A DNA stretch of 60,481 bases from a plasmid: sequence record NZ_CP024182.1; one strand, written 5' to 3'. Positions 8,549-19,060 of the stretch are shown here, in pieces. Below the pieces are notes generated by a model that saw only the letters and a list, made by a program, of their open reading frames with translations, did no database searches and was not told where the DNA came from. A program made the position numbers and the translations under genes. How positions within the stretch are numbered: position 1 is the first letter of the stretch; the number at the start of each line of letters is the position of its first letter.

Positions 8549-10915
8549 TTAGAACCAGTTTAGGCTATATTGAAGCCCATAAGTCCGCCCTTGGGCTTCT
8601 TGCCCTGCCAAAGGACCTGCAATCGCTTCAGCAGTTTGGTTAAACACGCTGCGGTAGCGAGTATTGCCGATGTTATACACCCCAAACGCCAAATCCCCTT
8701 TAGGTAGTTTGATTTGTCCTAACAAATCTAGGGTGGCATAGCCAGTGATTTTTGCCTCACTGGATTTGCTAATATTGTCATCCACCGCTGCAACTAGCAT
8801 GTCGTTGTAAGCCTTATCGGTACCACCAATTGCAGTGCCTTGTAGGCGAAGGCTATTGCCTTGCGGGAATGTATATTGTGCATAAGCGGTTGCTTTAAGG
8901 GGGGTGACGCGAAATGCCCCTAAGTCACGCCATGCCCCTGCGGCATCTTTATATTCGCCTTTAGTATAAGCAAGACTAGAACCTACTGACCATTCTTGAT
9001 TAAATCGGTGATTGATACTGGCTTCTGCCCCATAGATTCTCTCATCAGTATCAGCAGCGATGACATTAAAATCTTTGGTAAACTGCACCACTTTATCTGA
9101 GGTATTATAAAACCCCACCACTTTGGCTTTGGTTTTGTCAAAATCACCCTGCCAACCTAATTCATAATTATTGACTGCAATCGGTGCAACCGTATCAGAA
9201 TTGACCTTAAAGCCGACATTCACATCTCGTAGTACTCGCTGAATATCGGGCAGATTAAAGCCTTGGGAAAAGTTGGCAAAAATTTTCTGCTGGGGTGCGA
9301 TGTTATAACTTGTCCCAAGATTAAATAAGGTTTTGTTATGCTTGGTTTCACCTGCAGGCACACTACCTGCTTGATAAGTCAAGTTGAGCTGAGCCAATAA
9401 ATCTTGTAATTGGGCTTCGTTACGAGTGGTAAAGGCATCCGTCTTAGTGGTGATGTTTTGGTGGCGAACACCGCCACTCACATGCCATTTATCTGTGACA
9501 TCAGCATCTAAATTAACAAATGCCCCTACCTTATCAATGGTGCTGTTTGGGCCTGCGGTGTAGCGTGTATTATTTGGCTGAATCTTCAGCCCATTACTGT
9601 CAATAAAGGTTTTAAGGTCATTACCATCGTAATACTGCTTGTCTGTTTCTCGCTCAAAGTCAGCACCATAGCTCCATAAGAGCTTTTTATCTTGCCATGT
9701 ACTGGGAGTTTGCATGGCGGCACGCAGTCCCATCACATTGATATCGGCTGTTGATTGCAAGATACTGTAGGCACTGTTTGCCAGTTTCTTTTTATATTTG
9801 TCTTTGGTTGCGTTATCAACCGCCAAACTGTCAATCAAGGGATAGGCAGGTTTGATCGATATGGGGGCAGGTGTCGGATAATAGCGTCCGTCTTCTTGAC
9901 GATAATAACCTGTCACGTTCAGATTAGAGCCTTTGATATCACTGTTATTATAATTTAGGCTCACGGTGGATTTTTTGGTAAAGGGTTGATTGTCTAATTG
10001 CAACCCTTTGATGGCTTGCATTGATGGTGTATCGCCTTTGAGTAGCACACCTAACCCTTTGCCATAATCAGGGGCATAGTCGGTATCTTGTTGGTCTTTA
10101 TAGTAAGTAGCCGCCAAATTGATGTTTTGTGTGGGTGTGGCTTGATAGTTGAGATTGGTGTTGACGCTCAAACTATCAGTATCTTGTAAATCCGTTTGCC
10201 AAACTTCTGGGGCAATGCGTTTATTGTCACTATCAAAGCGTCCACCCCTTGATTCATAATCCACATCTACTCGGGCGTTAAGCTTGTCATTACCAAAAGT
10301 CACTGTCTGCCCAGCACTATAACCCAACGCCTCTTTGTTAAAATTATTATTGGTCGATATGCCAATACGACTTTCACCATGTAGCCCTTGTTGGTAGCTA
10401 GATTTGGTCACTAGATTAATCAGTCCACCTGTCGCTCCAGACCCATAGATACTGGTTGCTCCTGATAAAACTTCGATACGCTCTAACTGCTTAGGGTTGA
10501 TGCTATTGATTTGGCGTGAAATATCTCGAGAGCCTGTCAATGGTACGCCATTGATAAGGTATTGGACAGGTCTGCCGTGCATGGTCATCCCAAAGTTACT
10601 CGCCGTACCACTGCCTGCACCTAAGCTTGGCACAAGTTGTCCTAAAACATCAATGACGGTACGACCTGCTACTGCTTGTTGGGAAATTTGTTTTTCGCTA
10701 ATGACTTGGGTGACTTCAGGCATTTCACTGATTTTTTGTGCCAATACCGTGCCTGATTTGATTCCGGCGTAGAGTGTCAACTCATCCAACGTTGTGGTAG
10801 GTATATCATCGTTCGCTGATATTTGTGCTTTGGCGGTTTCAGCATGCAGTTGTTGGTTAACCGCAACTGCTAGCAGGGTCACTATAAAAGCTTTTTGGTA
10901 CATAAGAATCCTCAC
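8549..10915 (-). CDS. TonB-dependent siderophore outer-membrane receptor
   Basis: 788 aa. It has a signal peptide (MRILMYQKAFIVTLLAVAVNQQLHA), a TonB-box-like DELTLYAG, and the terminal aromatic residue (…YSLNWF) of TonB-dependent receptor barrels. It is Fur-box regulated. Confidence 0.9.
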   Translation of the reverse strand: MRILMYQKAFIVTLLAVAVNQQLHAETAKAQISANDDIPTTTLDELTLYAGIKSGTVLAQKISEMPEVTQVISEKQISQQAVAGRTVIDVLGQLVPSLGAGSGTASNFGMTMHGRPVQYLINGVPLTGSRDISRQINSINPKQLERIEVLSGATSIYGSGATGGLINLVTKSSYQQGLHGESRIGISTNNNFNKEALGYSAGQTVTFGNDKLNARVDVDYESRGGRFDSDNKRIAPEVWQTDLQDTDSLSVNTNLNYQATPTQNINLAATYYKDQQDTDYAPDYGKGLGVLLKGDTPSMQAIKGLQLDNQPFTKKSTVSLNYNNSDIKGSNLNVTGYYRQEDGRYYPTPAPISIKPAYPLIDSLAVDNATKDKYKKKLANSAYSILQSTADINVMGLRAAMQTPSTWQDKKLLWSYGADFERETDKQYYDGNDLKTFIDSNGLKIQPNNTRYTAGPNSTIDKVGAFVNLDADVTDKWHVSGGVRHQNITTKTDAFTTRNEAQLQDLLAQLNLTYQAGSVPAGETKHNKTLFNLGTSYNIAPQQKIFANFSQGFNLPDIQRVLRDVNVGFKVNSDTVAPIAVNNYELGWQGDFDKTKAKVVGFYNTSDKVVQFTKDFNVIAADTDERIYGAEASINHRFNQEWSVGSSLAYTKGEYKDAAGAWRDLGAFRVTPLKATAYAQYTFPQGNSLRLQGTAIGGTDKAYNDMLVAAVDDNISKSSEAKITGYATLDLLGQIKLPKGDLAFGVYNIGNTRYRSVFNQTAEAIAGPLAGQEAQGRTYGLQYSLNWF

Positions 10916-10975
10916 TCAAATCTAACAAATTATTTTGGTTTTGTAACAATTGAGTAATATTAGCACATATAATTA

Positions 10976-10996
10976 ATAATGATAATCATTATTATT
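10976..10996 (-). promoter_or_regulatory. Fur box upstream of the TonB-dependent receptor gene
   Basis: aataatgataatcattatt against the consensus GATAATGATAATCATTATC (17/19), about 60 bp upstream of the ATG. Confidence 0.65.
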
Positions 10997-11020
10997 TGAT
11001 ATTTTGAAAAATTTTACCTT

Positions 11021-11656
11021 TTAAGTAAATTCACCCATGAAGCTTGAGAATTTTTCATCATCTTGTTGTTGTTTTGATTGCAACTCATTTTTGAGTAACA
11101 TAGCTTGCGATGAAGATAGTACAAACACCCCATCATTATCTAGTACCACCAAGCTATTGTTATTGAGCGTGATATCATAGCCTTCATGGCTATAGTGTAT
11201 TGGTTGATACAGTGAAGCAGTGTTATCTTCATTGTTATTGGCATTATCAAGCGTTGCACTGGTCGTTAAAGGACTGATACCAAGCCCAAATACAGGAAAA
11301 CCAAGTTGCTCTATGGCTCGTGAATCTGTCACTCTACCTAATACCATAACCGCACTGACACCATGATACATAGCGATACAAGTACGCAACGCCCCCCAAC
11401 AAGCTCTATGATTCAATACTCGAGCATCAATACATAACACATCACCTGATTGGCAATTTAACAATGCTTGACGAATTGCTTGTGTATTTTCATTTTTCAA
11501 AATCACGGTCACCAAGTTGCCTGCATAGACTTTCTGACATGGGGCAATCGGTCTTAAACCTGCAACATAGCCTTCACCGATGAGATGCCCAATGGTTGAA
11601 GTGTTAATAGTTTGATAAGCGTCAATAAGTTCTTGAGATATCCGTGCCATTGCCAA
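11021..11656 (-). CDS. RraA-family protein (RraA / HMG-CHA aldolase / oxaloacetate decarboxylase-like)
   Basis: 211 aa. Its composition and length fit the RraA/MenG-like family (VAGLRPI…GDVLCIDA…ACWGAL…MVLGRVTD). It is the last gene of the siderophore biosynthesis operon. Confidence 0.5.
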   Translation of the reverse strand: MAMARISQELIDAYQTINTSTIGHLIGEGYVAGLRPIAPCQKVYAGNLVTVILKNENTQAIRQALLNCQSGDVLCIDARVLNHRACWGALRTCIAMYHGVSAVMVLGRVTDSRAIEQLGFPVFGLGISPLTTSATLDNANNNEDNTASLYQPIHYSHEGYDITLNNNSLVVLDNDGVFVLSSSQAMLLKNELQSKQQQDDEKFSSFMGEFT

Positions 11657-11671
11657 ACCTTGTTGAAAAAA

Positions 11672-13750
11672 TTATTGAGAAAATTGATGAGATATTTGAT
11701 AAAAAGGATTGGTTGTCAAGCTTGCTCCTGCTGGCATACTTCCGTGTTGTTCATCGCCTCGCTCAGCGATAGGCAATAGCAAGGTTTTGTATGGGTAGGT
11801 TGGTTGCTCTAACAGTTGCTCAACTAACCATATACGGCGTTGTTCATCCAATGCCAGCGTGGCTAATTGGGTGGTTAACTGCTGATAAGCTACTTGCCAC
11901 AGCGATGCTTCGTCAATCTGATAGTGGTTGGCAAGGCTCTCAATAATGGCTCTGATATTCACTAAAATACCCAATGATTGAAAGTAAAACAGCAGTTCTG
12001 TTGCAGATTGGCAATACAGTCGATTGCGAAAATTTGGCGGACTCAAATAACAGGGGTCGGCTATGCCTTGTTCAGTTAGCCAAGGTAAATAAATACGCAC
12101 AGAGTCATGGTCACGTAACAATAGCCCAACCGTGTGAGCCTGCTCGGTAACAAGTACGATATTTTGACCATGTAACTCGGGGATAAATCCCAGCTTTAGA
12201 CAGCGTAACATCGTCCCAAAAAATATCTCGCAGATTTCTGCAAACGCTTCCTGCACGGCTGTGTGTAGCCGTGACATATCATCTAACTTGTCTTTGAACC
12301 ATTCATCAAACAGATGATAGTCAGAACCATGGTGAGCCAGGCTTGCCATGGGTATAAACCGAGTGGCATCACGACACACTTCTTCAGGCAATCGTCTCAA
12401 TAAAACGCCGAGTTGCGTGGGCTTTTCTTGATAAAAATAAGGGTTATCACTACTTTTATCGTGGCAATGCCCCTGCTCCATATATGTCCACCACTGTGTT
12501 TCTTCCCACAAATACAACTGGGCTTTGAGTGTGGCATCAAGCGTCTTTGCCTGTTGTAAGATTCGTTGATTTTTTTCACCATTAATTAGCTTAAGTGGTG
12601 GTAAGTAGCGTTGCGAATTGAGTGCAAAAATAGCCAATGGCAGTTTGGTACTGTAAGCAGAAGGGCTGTCTAACAGTAGGCTACGAGTGGATGAACTTGC
12701 CAACATCGTCAATGCCTGAAAATCCAAAACCACCACGATTTTTTGCTGATGCTCTGCCCCATACAACCGCTCAAGCATACGGGGAAGTTGCCACGGATGG
12801 ACAGGGATTGTGATGTGTGTCGTTGAGAGATTTTTTTCACACATCTCTTGGTTTAGGGCTTGGTATTGTGGTGCTGATAGTAGCAAGTTGGCAGGAGTCT
12901 GTTGGGATAAATCTGCCACGCCCGAACCATACATCACATATCGCTTGTCAATCGCCACCCAATTTAGGCAAATGGGTCGGTTAAACTCAGCCATATAGGC
13001 TTGATAGTCTGCTTGGTCAAAGCCGATTTTTGCTTTGGCAAGCGGATGAAAGGGTCTATCGCATAAGGATGCCCATTGCTCCGCCACTCGCCATGTCTGA
13101 TACCAGTGAGCCTGTGCATTAATCGGGGTAACATGAGGGTTTGAGATAGCGTTTTGCTGTGACCAAAGCAAGGCACGTTTGGCAAGTTTCAGCTGTTCTT
13201 GCAACAGATTAATGCCTTGTGGGTTATTACTTGTGTTAGCTGGATTATTGGCTAGCCCTTGTAATAAAAGGGCTAATAATGCCTTGCTATCGGTAATAAC
13301 TTGATAGCACACAGCGTCGTTTGGCTGGCTTATCTGTTCAACGCATATGCTAGTACCGTGAGCAAGCCTGACCAAAGGATAAGTTGATTTTTTTAGTCGC
13401 CAATGACTACAAAACCCATGTTCTACCTGTATCATGAGCTCACAGCCATCACCTAAGATTAGGTGCAGACAATCACTATCTGTCTCCAATAAATAATGAT
13501 AAGCTGTTGGTAAGGCTGAATATAAAGCAGTCTTTAGCCACAGTGGCTGTTGCATTAACAGACTGGTGCTTGTAGTGATAGCTTGATTGGAGGATAACCA
13601 ATTTTCTAATAAACAACATTCGATTATATTCGCCATGATTTGCCATTCAGCAGATAAACAAAGTGTCTGACTGGCATCACCATCGCTCGTCTGAGCGATT
13701 GGCTGATAGGGTGTCGTATGGTTGTCCTGCTTGGGAGCTGTTAGAGACAT
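11672..13750 (-). CDS. IucA/IucC-family NRPS-independent siderophore (NIS) synthetase
   Basis: 692 aa. It has the C-terminal FhuF-like/IucA_IucC region (…LLRDHDSVRI…) and abuts two other synthetase paralogues. Confidence 0.85.
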   Translation of the reverse strand: MSLTAPKQDNHTTPYQPIAQTSDGDASQTLCLSAEWQIMANIIECCLLENWLSSNQAITTSTSLLMQQPLWLKTALYSALPTAYHYLLETDSDCLHLILGDGCELMIQVEHGFCSHWRLKKSTYPLVRLAHGTSICVEQISQPNDAVCYQVITDSKALLALLLQGLANNPANTSNNPQGINLLQEQLKLAKRALLWSQQNAISNPHVTPINAQAHWYQTWRVAEQWASLCDRPFHPLAKAKIGFDQADYQAYMAEFNRPICLNWVAIDKRYVMYGSGVADLSQQTPANLLLSAPQYQALNQEMCEKNLSTTHITIPVHPWQLPRMLERLYGAEHQQKIVVVLDFQALTMLASSSTRSLLLDSPSAYSTKLPLAIFALNSQRYLPPLKLINGEKNQRILQQAKTLDATLKAQLYLWEETQWWTYMEQGHCHDKSSDNPYFYQEKPTQLGVLLRRLPEEVCRDATRFIPMASLAHHGSDYHLFDEWFKDKLDDMSRLHTAVQEAFAEICEIFFGTMLRCLKLGFIPELHGQNIVLVTEQAHTVGLLLRDHDSVRIYLPWLTEQGIADPCYLSPPNFRNRLYCQSATELLFYFQSLGILVNIRAIIESLANHYQIDEASLWQVAYQQLTTQLATLALDEQRRIWLVEQLLEQPTYPYKTLLLPIAERGDEQHGSMPAGASLTTNPFYQISHQFSQ

Positions 13751-13752
13751 TG

Positions 13753-15696
13753 TTACCCCTGCTTCAATTTAAACTGAGACAATGGATTGTCTAGCCATTT
13801 GATTGGAAAATCACGGTCACCAAATAATCGACGTTTTGCCAGTGATTCAATTCTGGTTTTTTCAGCAAACAAGTCAAAGCACTGATAGCGAGATTGATGT
13901 TCGGGATAGCGTTTTGCAAAGGCATGAATACTATCAGCCACTTGTTGCCAAAATACGGCTTCTGAATAGTGATAATGGGTCTGTAAAAAAATAGCAATAT
14001 CAGCAAATGCCACAAAAAACAGACAAGCAACCGTCATATCACGAATACCTGCGGTATCGTCTGTTTCGATAAATGAGCCACGATTAAGCCTTGCATGTGC
14101 CTGTGGTAGTTGCTCTAAGATAGGTTTGGCATTAGGGTGAGTCAGCTTATCGGGGCAAAAGCGAATGCCATCATGCAAATCTTTCAGTAGCACCTTGATG
14201 GGATAGCCATCATCATGCACCAAAACGATATTTTGGGCATGGCACTCCAATGCAATGCCTTGGGCAAATAGCATATAAATAATCGGTGTAACCGTCACGT
14301 CAATCAGTTGCCTCACCCAATCTGCCATGTCATAACGTTGCAACCAACTGTCAATCAAAGGTTTGCCATTTGGCTGAATATAACTAATACCATTGAGCGG
14401 GAATGCTGACTGCCCTTGCCCTAAATACTGATGAACATTTTCACGCCATATACTTGCCAAACCGCCATAGATTGCAGGGTGATGATAGCCTTGCTGTTGT
14501 AAACGTTCGTGGTTTAGACTCACCCCCATGACTTCCCCCAAGAAATTCACTTGCAAATCCACGGCTTTCTTGTCGTTCGCCACCAACGTTTTTAGCCAAT
14601 GAGTAATGGTTGCACTATTTAATACCGTATGTTTTGCCAAAATGCGGGTACTTGATGTATTCACCAAGTGCATTGCCAATTTCAGATAAGGCGACGGCAA
14701 TAGGGCGTGTTTTTCATTATCAGCAGGGCGATAAGCTAAGGTACGAATCGACTGCTGGGCATAATAATCCATACCAACTTCACCAAGATAGACCACTTGA
14801 TGCGTTTGCATTAGGGGTGTCAATGCCTCTATTAATGTCGCTTGCCACTGCCAAGGATGAACAGGGACGAACGCAAAATGCTCAACAGCTAATGCATATT
14901 GCGATAGCCGTTCACACAACTGCTCATAAATCTCATCACCAAGATATTGGCGACACCAACTATCATAACCAAACTCTTGCGTGGTATTGGTTACCAATAG
15001 CTCTGTATTGACAGCCAGCCACACCAATTGTATCGGATGGGCAAATTCTGGACCAAAACGGTAATTATCCTCTAGGCTAAACCCAAGTCTTGATTTATAA
15101 CAAGGGTGATACGGATGTCCAAAGTCCAAATAGCCTTCCAACTCATCGTAAGCCATCTCGTGTAGTTGTTTGATATGTTGCTGTCTATGGTGGCGTGATT
15201 GACAATCATGGATAAACGTTTGACGCAATTCTTTGATAAAACTGTCTTTAAGCGTTGCCTCTTCTAATGGCATTAACACATCATTAATGACATCATCAAG
15301 GTGGGCTGTTGTTTGCATACCTTGATAAGTTTTGGTTACAGGCGTATCAGATAAGCGAATCATGCCAAAGCTAAAATGCACTCGCCCAATGGCTTTATAT
15401 ACCACGTCGTTCGGACACGTGATACTAAACTGAACTAGGCCCTGCTCAAGACTTGAACGCTCAACCACACATACGTTTGACAAAATATCTTCAAACAATA
15501 ATGCCTGTAACAACTGGCGGATAACCCGTTGCTCAACTTCGTGAATAATTGCAGTATCCAGTGGCGACTGCCACACTTGCAAAGCGTTAGATGTCAAAAT
15601 ATTCCCCTTAAATTTATGATTGTTGTTGATTGATAAAACTACTCGATGTTCTTGGTAATGCAAATGCAAAGGGCAAACTAAGCAATAACATCCCAC
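13753..15696 (-). CDS. IucA/IucC-family NIS synthetase (second paralogue)
   Basis: 647 aa, beginning 3 bp after the previous synthetase. The annotated start is GTG and overlaps the MFS gene by about 80 bp, so the true start may be internal. Confidence 0.8.
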   Translation of the reverse strand: MGCYCLVCPLHLHYQEHRVVLSINNNHKFKGNILTSNALQVWQSPLDTAIIHEVEQRVIRQLLQALLFEDILSNVCVVERSSLEQGLVQFSITCPNDVVYKAIGRVHFSFGMIRLSDTPVTKTYQGMQTTAHLDDVINDVLMPLEEATLKDSFIKELRQTFIHDCQSRHHRQQHIKQLHEMAYDELEGYLDFGHPYHPCYKSRLGFSLEDNYRFGPEFAHPIQLVWLAVNTELLVTNTTQEFGYDSWCRQYLGDEIYEQLCERLSQYALAVEHFAFVPVHPWQWQATLIEALTPLMQTHQVVYLGEVGMDYYAQQSIRTLAYRPADNEKHALLPSPYLKLAMHLVNTSSTRILAKHTVLNSATITHWLKTLVANDKKAVDLQVNFLGEVMGVSLNHERLQQQGYHHPAIYGGLASIWRENVHQYLGQGQSAFPLNGISYIQPNGKPLIDSWLQRYDMADWVRQLIDVTVTPIIYMLFAQGIALECHAQNIVLVHDDGYPIKVLLKDLHDGIRFCPDKLTHPNAKPILEQLPQAHARLNRGSFIETDDTAGIRDMTVACLFFVAFADIAIFLQTHYHYSEAVFWQQVADSIHAFAKRYPEHQSRYQCFDLFAEKTRIESLAKRRLFGDRDFPIKWLDNPLSQFKLKQG

Positions 15697-17029
15697 CTAT
15701 TAATAACAATAGCTCCTGTAAAATGCCGACCTCATTAACGGCTTGTGTTTGACGATAATTGACATACGCCATCGCAAGCCAAATCACCAACCCTGAACAT
15801 ATTCGGCGACTGATATTATTGAGCGATGCACCCTCTGTAACTTTATCAGCAGGCAGTTGGCTAAAACCAACGGTCGTGGTTGGGATATAAGCAAGCCCTA
15901 CGCCCAATCCATGCACACAAACCCATATCACCACAGCAATGATAGAAATATCCACCAACTGCCAAGCCAAACCAAAACTTGCTGATGCGGTCAATATCAC
16001 ACCCCAACAACCGAGCAATCTAGCACCCTGTTTGTCAACAATTTTGCCCACTAATTGCGTGGTAACACTGGCTATCAAGGTTGATGCCATCAACACCCAC
16101 CCCGTCCATGTGGCAGGGTGGTGCATGACTTGTTGTATCAGCATTGGCAACAAGATTAAATACAGCATCAAGCCGATGGTTTGCGTCACACTGATAATGG
16201 TGCAATAGCGATAGATACGATTATCAAAAATGTTTACCTGTAACAAAGGGGTCGCATGGTAATATTCATAGAGCCACCAACGATAGCTACCATAACTCAG
16301 TATCCCACCCAGTCCGATCATGGCAACCATCATCCACTCAGAAAATTGAGCAGTATATTGATGAGCCATACGCTCCCACACAAAACCACCCAGTAGCAAC
16401 AAGCAAAGCCCTAACAAGCCTTTTTTATCCAAGTTTCGTTGCTGGATTTTAGCTTGCTGATGTGGTAGATAATGCCAGACCAAAGCCCATGCCAATCCCA
16501 TCAAAGGCACATTGATAATAAACAACACATCCCAGTCATACCACTTGAGCAAGTACGCTCCAACCAATGGACCAATTGCCAAGCCCAACATCACCACCAT
16601 ACCCCACAGCCCCATCGTCTGACCTTGACGCTGATGTGGTACGATTTGGTACAATATCCCCACCGATAAAGGAATCAAAATACCTGCCGCTAGACCCTGT
16701 AAAAACCTAGCCCCACTCACCCAATCAATACTGGGTGAAAAATAGCCCATCATTGACCCCAAACCAAAGATCGCAAGGGCAGTCAAATACAATGTTTTTC
16801 GGGCAAAAATTGTCGCTAAATAACTCACCATGATTAGCCCGATTGCCATGGCAATCACATAAGCATTTAATACCCAACTAGCGCTCACTAGTGGAACACC
16901 AAACACTTGCATAAACAGTGGGATAGCGGGGTTTAATGCACTATTGCTGAGACTGACGACTACACCGCCAAGTAGGAGCGAAAAAATCACAGCAGAATTT
17001 GACAGTGACTGTGGTGTGTGTTTTGACAT
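15614..17029 (-). CDS. MFS transporter (probable siderophore exporter)
   Basis: 471 aa with about 12-14 predicted TM helices. It is located inside the biosynthetic operon, as in aerobactin/rhizobactin-type clusters. Confidence 0.75.
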   Translation of the reverse strand: MSKHTPQSLSNSAVIFSLLLGGVVVSLSNSALNPAIPLFMQVFGVPLVSASWVLNAYVIAMAIGLIMVSYLATIFARKTLYLTALAIFGLGSMMGYFSPSIDWVSGARFLQGLAAGILIPLSVGILYQIVPHQRQGQTMGLWGMVVMLGLAIGPLVGAYLLKWYDWDVLFIINVPLMGLAWALVWHYLPHQQAKIQQRNLDKKGLLGLCLLLLGGFVWERMAHQYTAQFSEWMMVAMIGLGGILSYGSYRWWLYEYYHATPLLQVNIFDNRIYRYCTIISVTQTIGLMLYLILLPMLIQQVMHHPATWTGWVLMASTLIASVTTQLVGKIVDKQGARLLGCWGVILTASASFGLAWQLVDISIIAVVIWVCVHGLGVGLAYIPTTTVGFSQLPADKVTEGASLNNISRRICSGLVIWLAMAYVNYRQTQAVNEVGILQELLLLIGGMLLLSLPFAFALPRTSSSFINQQQS

Positions 17030-17062
17030 ATCAGCAATTACCCATACGACCCTAAGCTAGGA

Positions 17063-17677
17063 TTACAAAGTATCTGTGATTGTTGGATAAAAACTTTGAT
17101 AGCCATTTGATTGATAAAAATCCTCACGATGACAAAAGTACAAACTGGCTTTTTTCTCAGGCATCTCAATATAGCGTTGCAAAAAATAGCCAAATTGCTT
17201 TGTCACCCATTGATATAACTCAATGCTGCTATCTGGCTCTACCACAATTTTAGTTGCCTCAGTATGTTCAAAAATAAACTCTGAAATCAGCATCCCTGTC
17301 GGTTTTAGGTAGCCTCGACCCACCGCATCCGTATTACCTAACAATAAATGCCAGCCAATATCACTATCTTTAGCTTGGTAATAGCGAGCAAGACGGTCAC
17401 GTTTGGCTTCATAAACTTCGGTATAGCCAATATCCACCCCATCGCAGACAACGATGTATAGACGCTGGTGGTCATCAGCAAGAGCTTTTTCGATATGGGC
17501 TTTAAGTGCTGGCATTGGCAGGTGTAATTGCCATTGAGCGACAACATGTTCGGCGTGCATCCATTGGTAAATCAATGGCATATCTTCAGGATAGCGTAAC
17601 GCACGCAAGCAAAAGGTTTTTTGATAAAAATTTCGACTAAATTGATTGGGTAGCTGTGTCATCATCGCTGATTTCAT
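17063..17677 (-). CDS. IucB/RhbD-like N-acyltransferase for N-hydroxy-amine acylation
   Basis: 204 aa. It is immediately downstream of the N-monooxygenase with a 1-bp gap, a GNAT-like size. Its position is equivalent to iucB/desC/rhbD. Confidence 0.65.
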   Translation of the reverse strand: MKSAMMTQLPNQFSRNFYQKTFCLRALRYPEDMPLIYQWMHAEHVVAQWQLHLPMPALKAHIEKALADDHQRLYIVVCDGVDIGYTEVYEAKRDRLARYYQAKDSDIGWHLLLGNTDAVGRGYLKPTGMLISEFIFEHTEATKIVVEPDSSIELYQWVTKQFGYFLQRYIEMPEKKASLYFCHREDFYQSNGYQSFYPTITDTL

Positions 17678-19060
17678 TTATGGCACCTCATCATGTGACA
17701 CATTGTTAGCATGACCGAAAGTTTGGAATACCGTCAAAGCTTGCGTATCAAAATAAGGCTCGCCCAAAATTTGATTGGCAATCACCCCTGCTCGATACGC
17801 CCCCAGCCCAAGGTCGGGTGTACCTATGCCATGACTGTGTAATTCTTGATTTTGTACAAACACTTCCCCAACATGCTCTGTTGATGAACCCAATATCAAA
17901 CGATAATCATGGCTAATTTTGGGCTGTCCCAAAGTCGTTGTTGTCACTTCTGGCATCAGAGCATCCATACAACTTGGGAATTGATGTTGATAACCTGTTC
18001 CAGCGATAATACAATCATAAGTCTTTTGGCAAGACTGCTGTTGCTGACGTTGAAAAAACTGCACCGCTAAACGCTCATCGACTCTTACCACGGAATCAAG
18101 CTGACAGTTTGCCATCAAGGTGCAATGCTGAGGACGATTACCTATGGTACGTTCATACAGTAGCTGATAAATATCTTGAATCGTGCTCATGCCCATGCCT
18201 TTATACATCAGACCTTGTTCACACAGTAGTTGAGCCTTGATAGACTCATCCAAATGGTAGTAATACTCTGTATAAGCAGGGCTGAAATGCTCCAACCCAA
18301 GTGGCGAATACTCCATCGGAAAAAACCCTGACGACCGTGTTACCCAGTCTAGCTCATAATTAAGCTTGCTATCGGTGTACTGCTGTTGCAACAGATGACG
18401 ATACACTTCAGCTGAGGACTGCCCTGACCCGATAACCAAAATATGTGGAATATCGATGTGCTTTTTTAGTGCGGACAAATCAAACTGACGGGCAAAGTTA
18501 GCAGAGTGCATACAACGATTAGGCATGTCATTAGCGACAGCCTGTAATACTTTCGGCAAGGTCGGCTGTGTACCTGTCCCAATGACCACATGACGAGCAT
18601 GGTAGCGGTGACTGATGCCATTTTGTATGACAGTAACCACATAGCCCACGCCACAGCTGGATTTTTCGACACTTTTTACATGACTATCAAAAACCACATT
18701 GGGTAATTGATGAGCAGCCCATTGGCAATAATCATTGTATTCCTGACGAGGGATTTTGAAATTTTCTAAAAAATAAAACTTTAACAGTCTTTTTTTATGG
18801 CTTAAATAATTCAAAAAACCATACCGACTGGTGGGGGCAACCAACGTCACCAAGTCAGCAAAAAATGGGACTTGGAGCGTAGTTTTTGGTAACAACATTC
18901 CTTCATGCCAATTAAAATCACTATTTTTTTCAAAAAACAGAGAAGTTATATTAGAGGTTACTGCTTTTTTTGATTCATTCGCTTGCACAAGCAAGGCAGC
19001 CAAACTTAAATTAAAAGGACCTAAACCAATACCAATGACATCAAGCACAATGCACCCCAT
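17678..19060 (-). CDS. Lysine/ornithine/diamine N-monooxygenase (IucD/RhbE family, FAD-dependent)
   Basis: 460 aa. The N-terminus has the FAD-binding sequence GIGLGPFNLSLAALL and a second dinucleotide motif HILVIGSGQSSAE. Confidence 0.85.
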   Translation of the reverse strand: MGCIVLDVIGIGLGPFNLSLAALLVQANESKKAVTSNITSLFFEKNSDFNWHEGMLLPKTTLQVPFFADLVTLVAPTSRYGFLNYLSHKKRLLKFYFLENFKIPRQEYNDYCQWAAHQLPNVVFDSHVKSVEKSSCGVGYVVTVIQNGISHRYHARHVVIGTGTQPTLPKVLQAVANDMPNRCMHSANFARQFDLSALKKHIDIPHILVIGSGQSSAEVYRHLLQQQYTDSKLNYELDWVTRSSGFFPMEYSPLGLEHFSPAYTEYYYHLDESIKAQLLCEQGLMYKGMGMSTIQDIYQLLYERTIGNRPQHCTLMANCQLDSVVRVDERLAVQFFQRQQQQSCQKTYDCIIAGTGYQHQFPSCMDALMPEVTTTTLGQPKISHDYRLILGSSTEHVGEVFVQNQELHSHGIGTPDLGLGAYRAGVIANQILGEPYFDTQALTVFQTFGHANNVSHDEVP

